From NCBI GenBank assembly GCA_040437565.1, contig JBDOQK010000026.1:124001-188000 (forward strand): a stretch of 64,000 bases of DNA, read 5' to 3'. Each line of letters begins with the position of its first letter. The first letter of the stretch is position 1. Under the pieces are notes generated by a model. That model did not search any database. It was given only the letters and a program-made list of their open reading frames with translations, and was not told where the DNA came from. This DNA is from Albugo candida (taxonomy: Eukaryota). The position numbers and the translations under genes were made by a program. Shown one piece after another: positions 46,569 to 56,766 of this stretch.

Positions 46569-48203
46569 TTAGGTTGGGCAAGATACATATTTTGGTGGTG
46601 TCAAGATCGACTCGGTTGACCCAAAATCGCGTGTCGAGTGCTCAACTTTGTCAATATCTAGGCAGCTCAGTTTGGAATTGAAAAGAATGAATCGTGGGAG
46701 CTTCTTCGTATCTATAGGCTGATTTTGTTTGTCTTCCTTCCATTTCCATCGTCCTATTGCCTCGTGACACGATGGACAATTAAGCTTGCCCGAGCTTGTC
46801 GAATCTACTTGGCAAAGGAGCCACGGAAGAGGTGCAATCTGTATGGATCCATCGCATTCAGCTGAAAACGGTTTGCCGTCCCGGAACGTTGCGTTCATCA
46901 GCATAGACTCAGCAGCGGAAAGCTCCGCCATTGTCCCTGAACACTGTGTATATTGGTTCCCTGTGTCACTAAATAAAGACATTTGTTCCTGCCATACCCG
47001 TTGATTTTTGGCCAGTGAAAGACGCAGATTGGGGTCGGGTTGAGATTTTTCCGCCTTTGGCTTGCAGCGTTCCCAAACAAGCTGGAGGCGTTTCGTTATT
47101 GATTGTGATGCAATTTGCTTTTTTTTCAAGATATGAGGTGTGGATATCACTTTCTCGGAGATAAATGGACTGAATGGATGGAGATTCTGTGAAGCGGATT
47201 TGTGTAGTTGCACCTTACTATGAACATTGGAATCATTTACAAAACCCGAGACTCGTAACCCACGGTCAGTATCGAGCGTTCGAAATACGTGCTTTTCCTT
47301 AACCGGGTTCGGAACTTTCTGCGAATTCTTCATGGCGGTGCGTAACTCTTCGGACGCAGTATTGACTACGGAACTCGAAGATACGAGCGGTGTATGACAT
47401 CCTCTGCATGTAAATAGTGTCGCCATAGACCGAAGTGCTGGTATAATGAGTGTGCTGTGTTTTGCGCTTTCTAATTGCGGTATACATAACTCAAAATGCG
47501 TTGGAACCTTTCCATCAATGCGACCGCTTTGGTCGAGAAAATGAGGACCTCTTGCCGTCGACGCCTTTCCTTTGAACTCCTTTATGCATGATGACCTCTT
47601 CGTGGCTTCAAGCTGGTGTTGTAGCATCACTTGATTAGCACGCATCGTATTTAACTTTGCAGCTTCCAAACATCGTAATTGATACTGAAATCCATCGTTT
47701 ATTGCAATGACATTTCGCATGAGTGACAACTTTTCCAAAGATTGTGAAAAACTCAGCTGAAAATCCGTCATCAAGAAAGCCATTAAAAGCGCAGGTGATC
47801 GAGATCTACCGCCGGTGCTATACAAACAGGCGGAAAAAAACGATGAGCATACTGTCAACGAATGAAAAGGGAAAGAAGATTTATCTTACCAGTGGACAAA
47901 AACATTTCCATTCGGATCGGACAGTGCTTGCCGCAAAAATTCCAAAGCAACCGGAAGACAACTTAGCAGGTGTGCATCCGACCGATCTCGTAGCTGTAAT
48001 GTGAGATATGTAAATTTACCCGGATATGCCGGTTTGTGTCCTGCCGCATTCAAAATATGTGTTATTTTACGGTTCTGTAATGCATCCAGATTGTAAGCGC
48101 CATGTATAGATCCTAGATAAACTCGATCGACAATTGCGACTGGCTCGCTATCTTGTACGATAGAGTCTTCCAGTCTCAAGGAAGGAAGCTTTTTCAGACT
48201 CAT
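46569..48203 (-). CDS. Dual-specificity phosphatase, DUSP12/YVH1-like, 2 exons
   Basis: VYLGS...ITHILNAAG; removing the intron at about 47820-47889 yields active site VFVHCTGGRSRS; C-terminal zinc-binding motifs FTCRGCHTPL and GKLNCPSCHEAIGRWKW. Confidence 0.85.
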
Positions 48204-48575
48204 TTAAGTACTCAAATTCAAAAGTGCCTGGACTCTCCTAGAACACGGACGTCGTATATTAATAGCGACATTTATTTAGAATCGGCAGTCTTATTCAGTT
48301 TGTTGAGACAATATGTGGTGAAGCTCAAATATTCCGAAGATTGGTAAAGTCGTATGTTAGCAAATATAAATCCATCAAAGTTGTAGCTATAAAGTAATAA
48401 ATTAAAAACTCCTCTTCTCGCGATAATGAGAGGATGGAACGTTTACAGTTCAGTGCTCCTCTATGATTGTGCCGTAGGTATGGCGATACCCTGATGAATC
48501 ATAAAGAGTACTATCCGCAGAATATTTAGCGCTGTCGTGCCTAACACATTACGTATGTAGCCCTCGGAGGAGCTC

Positions 48576-49808
48576 TCAGCATAGAACGTGACCCAACGTG
48601 ACGTTCAGGTAGGTCAGATGGTCCACGATGCTGTTGCAACCTAGCGGGAAGCATGCGTTTGAGCAAGTCTTGTCTTCACCATCAATAGGGCTACAGACAC
48701 GATGTGATTGGAAATATCTGTCATAAAAAACCTGCAAGAAAAAGAGGTTAGGACACGCCCTACCAGTATTGCAAAAAGTCGCAAACCTCGACAGCCGAAT
48801 GCCGAAAGTTCAAATAAGTTGGCGGTAAGTGCGGAACAATGTCATGGTTATGTGTCACTCTATACAAGTTCGGCACATTTTTTTGCATCAGTTCGGCAAA
48901 CGCGAAATTTCCTACCCTCGGCTGACCGAAAGTATAGACTGCTTGCACATTTAGAGCTCGTAGCACACTCAGCTCGANNNNNNNNNNNNNNNNNNNNNNN
49001 NNNNNNNNNNNNNNNNNNNNNNNNNNNNNNNNNNNNNNNNNNNNNNNNNNNNNNNNNNNNNNNNNNNNNNNNNNNNNTTATGTGTCACTCTATACAAGTT
49101 CGGCACATTTTTTTGCATCAGTTCGGCAAACGCGAAATTTCCTACCCTCGGCTGACCGAAAGTATAGACTGCTTGCACATTTAGAGCTCGTAGCACACTC
49201 AGCTCGAATGCACAAATCAAGGCAACTGCACCACCCATGGAATGCCCGGTCACCAATATTATCGCTTCTTTGTGCTCTTTACGAATGTCTTGGACACTTG
49301 CCACAACTTGCTTTGCAACTTCTTGATACAATCGGTAGAAACCTTCATGAACAAGTACATTGGGAAGATTCTTGTACTCTTTTTTCTGCACAAATGTAAA
49401 ATCATCAATCCAATTTTGTATGTCAATGCTTCCACGGTAGGAAATAATGATTGCGTCATGATGTGATGAGTATCCAACAATTCCCTGAAAGTCGTTTTTT
49501 GGATCGACAACAACTTTTCTGCTTTGTAGTGGCGCTACGAGAAAACATGGTAAGCAATTCCACTGCAAAATCGTTGATGCTGAGCAGTATGAGGCTGAGG
49601 TGATACGAGCCAGGTAGAATGCAAGACTTTCATTGTAGCGATCAGTTGTTGTTTGCCTCCAATCAATTTTCGCCGCACTTTCATCTCCAAACGAGTACCA
49701 AACGCTAGGTGACTCTTCATTGTTTACCGGCGAAATTTTAAAGCAATGAGCTTGTAGAGAAATCAGCAATAAAGCATGCGATACGAAGAATGCAAAATGC
49801 GAGAACAT
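48576..49808 (-). CDS. Secreted class 3 (fungal-type) lipase
   Basis: Signal peptide; SASYC, ISYRGS, VHEGF, VTGHSMGG, YTFGQPRVGN, HNHDIVPHLPP. After an intron the last exon reads VFYDR...GEDKTCS...SIVDHLTYL...C* (TGA at 48576-48578). The gap has duplicated flanks. Confidence 0.9.
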
Positions 49809-49849
49809 TATTGACGAAAAACCGACAAAACTGCCGACTAGAAATACGA

Positions 49850-50003
49850 TACTATACTATCCTATCCTATCCTNNNNNNNNNNNNNNNNNNNNNNNNNNN
49901 NNNNNNNNNNNNNNNNNNNNNNNNNNNNNNNNNNNNNNNNNNNNNNNNNNNNNNNNNNNNNNNNNNNNNNNNNACGATACTATACTATCCTATCCTATCC
50001 TAT
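49850..50003 (+). repeat. (CTATC)n pentanucleotide microsatellite at a gap
   Basis: ctatcctatcctatcct on both sides of the gap. Confidence 0.7.
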
Positions 50004-50356
50004 AACTCCGCTATATGTAGCTACGCTCGACTCATTATATCATTGACTCATTTTTGACTTATACTATCTATGCTCGGCACTAGCGTGTACTCGGGGATAA
50101 AATTTCTTCCGCCGCAATTGGCGCAATCGTAGTCTACATTTATGTAAGCAAAAAATCACCTCGTAGCAACTTTATCGAGCGTATCAACCAAAAGACATGA
50201 AATTTCTCAGCATTTCTGGGAATGTTTGAATGGTTGAGCCTTAGTGCTACAGTGAGCCGAGGCTTGACCAAATCGACTTTATTCCACGTGCAGCTTGAAC
50301 AATACAAAGGTGGGCTGATTTGTTTATCATCTTTTACAGACAGGCATATCCGTGTC

Positions 50357-51247
50357 TCATCTGATAACTTTTCTAATAAGGGCATGAACTTTTTGATTTT
50401 CGCTCCTCGGGCCATCCGAAGAAGAACAAGAAGGCAAATATCGATAAACGATAGCTTTTGTTTTCTTCTGAAGTTCATTTATCTCTGATGTAGCTCAGAA
50501 AGAAGTTTTTCGGATATGCCTCATCTAAATTTTTATGCAAGCTTTTGATTATTGCAGCGTGTCTTTTTAGCAGCGGAAAGACGTCAAGATCGGGATGCGC
50601 ACCAGCGACATAGCCATGATAGAAATCATCAAAGTGCGCGAAAATGTGCAACGTACTGCCCCTTTTGAGGTTGAGGGTGGGCCCGAACACGTGTTTAAAG
50701 TAATTCAAACCCAGCATTGACTTCCGCTCAACGACGCCATCGTTTCCTTGGTAATGCGGTAATGGCGTATCTGATGAATCGATGCCGTTATTTGTCCAAT
50801 CGTTAATCACTTTCTGAGATGCAGTGAGAATTCCATTGAATAAACATGTCAAAGATTGAGCCATGTTCTCAGGCTTCCTTTCATGCCCAGTTGTGTATGC
50901 AAAAAGAAGACTAGTATCGACATTTCTGACCCAATTGTTCTCTTCTGTGGCACCGTAAGTTGTCAAGGAGTAGCTTGCACTATCTACANNNNNNNNNNNN
51001 NNNNNNNNNNNNNNNNNNNNNNNNNNNNNNNNNNNNNNNNNNNNNNNNNNNNNNNNNNNNNNNNNNNNNNNNNNNNNNNNNNNNNNNNCCAGTAGATGTA
51101 GCTAGCAGAAAATTTACGCCCCCATCCTCCGAAGCCATGCACGAGTACAATTGGAGTCTGGATAGACCAACGTCTATTATTCTTTAAAACAACCAGCGCG
51201 TGATGGTCACAAAGGATGATGCATACGATCACTAACTCACACAACAT
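50357..51247 (-). pseudogene. Secreted lipase, family I.5/I.6-like, paralog 3 (core in gap; C-terminal frameshift)
   Basis: MLCELVIV...TPIVLVHGFGGWG before the gap; SYSLTTYGA, GNDGVVE and FYHGY after it. A 2-nt deletion relative to paralog 4 gives TGA at 50475, while the homologous tail continues in another frame to 50357. Confidence 0.7.
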
Positions 51248-51948
51248 TGTTGTAGACGAAAAGCTCACTGTCGGGAAAAAAGCAATATGGTACGAGCGAC
51301 CATGCTCACTGGTTTATTTGTTGACTTGATTTGGAGATGTGCGCAAATGCATCAATCACCGTGCCCCTTTTGTCGAAAGATGAAGTATGTGTATTGCGCA
51401 CCTGCAGAATAATTTGTGGTCAAGTATCGCTGGGCGACTGTTGTGCTTGAGTTTGTGGCAAGAAAGTGTCGTTGTTTGAACAGCCTTTCAGTACCTCGAT
51501 GCTCGTNNNNNNNNNNNNNNNNNNNNNNNNNNNNNNNNNNNNNNNNNNNNNNNNNNNNNNNNNNNNNNNNNNNNNNNNNNNNNNNNNNNNNNNNNNNNNN
51601 NNNNNNACCGTGCCCCTTTTGTCGAAAGATGAAGTATGTGTATTGCGCACCTGCAGAATAATTTGTGGTCAAGTATCGCTGGGCGACTGTTGTGCTTGAG
51701 TTTGTGGCAAGAAAGTGTCGTTGTTTGAACAGCCTTTCAGTACCTCGATGCTCGTTAATGATAGTGGTTTCGAGATTGTACTCTCGCGTGTTGATTTGCT
51801 GACACAACCATGATGAGTACCTTTCCTTCGTGCCCACTTTCAAATGAATATCACTGTTTCTTAGCATGGCAATCACTTCAGAGTCTCATGCTCCCATTTC
51901 CGAACGCGCTATCGCATCTCTGATACTGCTAGCAACGAATCGCTTGTC

Positions 51949-51998
51949 ACATGGTCATCGTACTGCCCTCGAGACATGGTCATCGTACTGCCCTCAAG
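51949..51998 (+). repeat. 25-bp tandem duplication
   Basis: acatggtcatcgtactgccctcgag followed by acatggtcatcgtactgccctcaag. Confidence 0.9.
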
Positions 51999-52383
51999 AT
52001 GTCGCATATCTACCGTATACATGAAGTTTTGGTCTGAAATAATAAGCTTGATTGAATTGAACGCCCATATATTTACGGTAAATCAAAATTATAGAAAGGC
52101 TATTGAAGCGTGAACACCTTACCACAACACCAGTACAAGAACTGCACACGAATCGACAACCATAAATTATCGTGCACGTGCGCATAATACACATGTATCT
52201 GGAAAAAGTGCGCACGTTCGGATAAAATTAGTCGCACTTCAACAAAGGCACGATGCACTGTACTTTGCATTGTGTGCTTATGAGCAACTAATTCCATGTG
52301 CGGAGCGTGGTTGTAGGACTATAGGTGCTACCATAATGAGTCATCGAATAAGCATGTCGTAATCTATGACACGATACGAGGTT

Positions 52384-53535
52384 TCAGGAATTGACCTTAC
52401 TAAAGTCATACATCGTTGCAGGGATCTGCTCAATTTCTTGAACAAGCGTGACTTGCAATTCCCTCTGGTTATAACTGAGAATATCTGTCATAAACACCTG
52501 CAACAAAAAGATGTTAGGACACGCCCTATCAGTATTGCAAAAAGTCGCGAACCTCGACAGCCGAATGCCGATAGTTCAAATAAGTTGGCGGTAAGTGCGG
52601 AACAATGTCATGGTTATGTGTCACTCTAAACAAGTTCGGCACATTTTTTTGCATCAGTTCGGCAAACGCGAAATTTCCTGCCCTCGGGTGACCGAAAGTA
52701 TAGACTGCTTGCACATATAAAGCTCGTAACATACTCAGCTCGATTGCACAAATCAAGGCAACTGCGCCGCCCATGGAATGCCCGCTCACCAAAATCATCG
52801 CTACTTCGTGCTCTTTACGAATGTCTTGGACACTTGCCACAACTTGCTTTGCAACTTCTTGATACAATCGGTANNNNNNNNNNNNNNNNNNNNNNNNNNN
52901 NNNNNNNNNNNNNNNNNNNNNNNNNNNNNNNNNNNNNNNNNNNNNNNNNNNNNNNNNNNNNNNNNNNNNNNNNACTCAGCTCGATTGCACAAATCAAGGC
53001 AACTGCGCCGCCCATGGAATGCCCGCTCACCAAAATCATCGCTACTTCGTGCTCTTTACGAATGTCTTGGACACTTGCCACAACTTGCTTTGCAACTTCT
53101 TGATACAATCGGTAAAAAACTTCATGAACAAGTGCATTGGGAAGATTCTTGTACTCTTTTTTCTGCACAAATGTAAAATCATCAATCCAATTTTGTATGT
53201 CAATGCTTCCACGGTAGGAAATAATGTTTGCGTCATGATGTGATGAGTATCTAACAATTCCCTGAAAGTCGTTTTTTGGATCGACAACAACTTTTCTGCT
53301 TTGAAGTGGCGCTACGAGAAAACACGGTAAGCAATTTCACAGCAAACTCGTGATGCTGAGCAGTATGAGGTTGAGGTGATGCGAGCCAGGTAGAATCCAA
53401 GACATTCAGTGTAGCGTTAAGATGCTGTCTGATTCCAATCACTTCTCTCATCTCCAATCGGATACCACACCCTAACTGACTGCCCAATGTTTACCGGTGA
53501 TTTTCCAAAGCAATTAGCTCGCATTGCGAGAACAT
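52384..53535 (-). pseudogene. Class 3 lipase pseudogene with last exon fused to an ATG101 3' fragment
   Basis: Close paralog of 48576-49808 with the signal peptide deleted and a 1-nt deletion near 53350. Last exon reads VFMTDIL-SYNQRELQVTLVQEIEQIPATMYDF, matching the ATG101 tail. Confidence 0.8.
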
Positions 53536-53975
53536 AAACGTATGGCATTTCTATGACGAAAGCGATCGAACTGGCGATTAAAGCGTCCTGTACTACACTA
53601 TATCATAGCATAGCTCCGTTAGGTTAAACACGTGTTGAGATGAGCCACTTCAAACTTATGACTATCAATCTGATCATTTCGTACACAGACTTTTATGGTG
53701 GAATTTTGCGCGTATCAAGGACAAAATCCTGCCCGCTGTCAGCGTGTTCTGGTGTATGTCTAGTTTAGGTTCAGCCCTAATGCTACGGCGATCCAAGGCT
53801 CGATCAGATCGGCTATAAATCAAGATGAAGTAATTAAGCAACAGCCTTAGCTGATTCTCCTGTTAGTCTTCACTTTTTAAACCTCGTTCTGCTGCTCAGG
53901 GATTTCTCTAAAGATGAAATCTTGACTTCTACTTTTCCCTGGTATGTACATCCTGTCATTTGATGACTTTCCTGA

Positions 53976-55385
53976 TCAGCGCACGGAGTTTTCGGATTCC
54001 GCTGCCCGGTCATCCGAGCTAGAATGAGAAGGGAAATATCGATGAACGATACTTCCTGATTTCTTCTGAAGTTCGTTTATGTCACGATCAAGGTATTTAA
54101 GGTGTTTTTTTGATAGCGTCTCACCTAAATCATTATTCAGGCTTCTGAGTATTGCGGCATGTCTTCTTAGCAACGGAAGGACGTCAAGTTCAGGATGCCC
54201 ACCCATGATATAGCCATGATAAAAATTATCAAAGTGAGCAAAGATATGCAAGGTCCCACCTCGGCTGAGGTCGAGGGTGGGCCCGAACACGCGTTTGTAT
54301 ATTTCCAGGCCCAACATTGACTTCTTTTCAACAACGCCATCATTTCCTTGGCATGGCAATAATGTCGTCGTGTCTGATTGATCGATGCCGTGATTCGTGG
54401 ACTTCTTCAAACCATTAATCAACTTCTGAGACACAGTGAGTACTTCGTTACGTAAACATGTCAAAGAGTGAGCCATGTTCTCAGCCTCCCTTTCATGCCC
54501 AGTTGTGTATGCAAAATGGAGAATCGTATCGACATTTTTGACCCAATTGTTCTCTTCTTTGGCACCCGTAGTTGTCAAAGAGTAGCTTGCAGTATCTGGA
54601 AAAGGTGCTTTCAATGAGATAATATTCACAACACCCTGCAAGAAACGTATAACGCTATATTTCAAGCCTTCCCACGCATCGATACTCCACTGGTCCATAT
54701 GTGTATCTAAAGGATGGCCAGTGAAGGGGGAGAGAAGTTCGCCAAATTTTAAAGCGGGATATGCGATAAATTGAAGAAGTTGCAATTTATCTGCAAGTAT
54801 GAGTCCAGTGAGTGGACTCTCCAAAAAGGTTATTGAATCAATCCAATCTTTTCCCCCAGAATAAAATGGATGCGATTTATCGACCATTGCTTCCATCGGT
54901 GTACTCTTGACACCGTGATATAAAAGGTGAGCTAGCATTCGAATGGTTGGACCGCCCATACTGTGACCAATAAAGTGTACTTTGTTGACCTTCCCGTTGA
55001 TTGTTTCTCCCCATTCTTTAAAAAGCCCTTCTTCGTGTTGCCGTCCATCTTGTTTGTGTTTGTGTTTGTTTGCGTGACCCCTTCCATAATCAACTCGACC
55101 TCCTTTCACTACCGCAAACAGTTCACACGCTCGGTCCCAGTTGCTAGAGAACGGACCAATTTCTGCACTCAAAACTCTAAATCCTTCTTCTTTAAGTTTT
55201 TGCGCATAATCACCATGATGTCTCCCCCAGTAGGGATTATTCGGAAAAAATTCACGTCTCCACCCTCCAAAGCCATGAACCAGTACGATTGGGGTTTGGA
55301 CAGATAAGCGTTCTTCTCTTGAAAGAACAGCCAGGGCCGGATGAATACAAAGGATGACCCATACGATCAGGATCGCACACGGCAT
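53976..55385 (-). CDS. Secreted lipase, family I.5/I.6-like, paralog 4
   Basis: MPCAILIVWVILCIHPALA signal peptide; TPIVLVHG, SSNWDRACEL, GHSMGG, GNDGVV, FYHGY. Confidence 0.88.
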   Translation of the reverse strand: MPCAILIVWVILCIHPALAVLSREERLSVQTPIVLVHGFGGWRREFFPNNPYWGRHHGDYAQKLKEEGFRVLSAEIGPFSSNWDRACELFAVVKGGRVDYGRGHANKHKHKQDGRQHEEGLFKEWGETINGKVNKVHFIGHSMGGPTIRMLAHLLYHGVKSTPMEAMVDKSHPFYSGGKDWIDSITFLESPLTGLILADKLQLLQFIAYPALKFGELLSPFTGHPLDTHMDQWSIDAWEGLKYSVIRFLQGVVNIISLKAPFPDTASYSLTTTGAKEENNWVKNVDTILHFAYTTGHEREAENMAHSLTCLRNEVLTVSQKLINGLKKSTNHGIDQSDTTTLLPCQGNDGVVEKKSMLGLEIYKRVFGPTLDLSRGGTLHIFAHFDNFYHGYIMGGHPELDVLPLLRRHAAILRSLNNDLGETLSKKHLKYLDRDINELQKKSGSIVHRYFPSHSSSDDRAAESENSVR

Positions 55386-56070
55386 TGCTGTAGAGATGAT
55401 TCTCGATGTCGCGATGTGACAGCAGCACACCCTGTACGCAAGTGCTTGCTGGCTTGGGTACGCTAATATATCAATTTACGTGCACCTTTTACTTTAGAAA
55501 CATGCGTGTAATGAGCGCGTACAAAATATCGTGTGGTTGTGCATCGCTGCGTTGCTCTCGAGCTTACGTTTGTGTGTCAAGGGTTTCCAAGTTTCTGTAC
55601 CCTACCGTCGATGCATCGTGATAAAAGTGGTCTCGAAATTGTACTCTTGCATTTTCATACATTTGCGCAAATATCATCCTAGTTCAGTATAGCTACCGCA
55701 TTTAGATAATTATGGGCCTTAAATAGAGACGATTCGATTTTGGAAACTAATATTTGCGATAAATAGAAACCACAGAAAGGCTACACAGACATGGACACCT
55801 TTTTTCCACAAACGCAAGCACAAGACCTACATAGCGATGCACAACCATAAATTATTCTGCCGTACGCATTACAGGCATATATTTCTAACAAAAGGTCCAC
55901 ACATACGGATGAATTAGCCACACTTCAACGAAGCAACATTGCACTGAAGAGAAGCATTGTGTGCTAATGAGCAACTTATTTCACTTGGGGAAAGTGGTCG
56001 TAGGAGTATGCGTACTACCATAATGAGTTATCTGAGAAGCACGTCGCAATTGGTGAGACGACATGAATAC

Positions 56071-56740
56071 TCATAGATTAGAACTGACCTCAAAGTCATA
56101 CATCGTTACAGGGATCTGCTCAATTTTCTGTACAAGGGTGATAATTTGTAATAAGCAATTTTGCACTTGCGATCCCGTCTGGTTATAACTGGTGTTCAGA
56201 TCCTTCGCATGATCTACATACATCTGTGTGAACTTGCAATCCAATAATCGCGAGTTACTTACCGAGCGAATCGACCGAACATGTGTATTGCTCAACACGC
56301 ATGGGCAAGATCCACTCTTCGAAAATTAACTTTTCTTCGTTGGACATGAGCCCAAACAGTGCTTTCTTCACTTTCCGCTCCAAAAAAGTCACCTTTATGT
56401 ACCCAAAACAAGCTTTCTGAATCACACCAGTCCTTGAGGTTGCTACTATTGGTGCGGTTGCAAGTGCAAGCTGAACCCTTTTTTCAAATGATCGAACAGC
56501 AAATTCCACTTTACGAGTAACGTCACCCACGCCACAGAGCGCATACGTGATGGAAGGCAATGAAGAACAAGTGCATTCGCTCGGTCGAACAGGTCCAGGC
56601 GCTCTTGTGAACAAAATTGTATGCAACAAAGCGCTTGCAACGTCATTTATCAGATCCTGACAGAGGTGAACTTCTTCTAGTGTATGTTTTTGCCAGCATT
56701 CAGATGCAGCACGACTTGGTATCGAAGACTGTAAGCTCAT
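56071..56740 (-). CDS. ATG101: Autophagy-related protein 101, 2 exons
   Basis: LLHTILFTRAPGPVRP, VTFLERKVKKALFG and FEEWILP; intron about 56224-56260; tail EQIPVTMYDFEV. Confidence 0.82.
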
Positions 56741-56766
56741 AAAGAAAGTCTAGCTGAACTGAATTT

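Noticed and set aside
50140-50478. 112-aa ORF as an independent gene
   Set aside because: It overlaps the frameshifted lipase 3 tail in a non-homologous frame.
4511-55385. Lipid-metabolism gene cluster (CPT2, thioesterase, Sec14, lipases)
   Set aside because: The genes are interspersed with unrelated housekeeping loci; only the lipases show evidence of clustering, by duplication.
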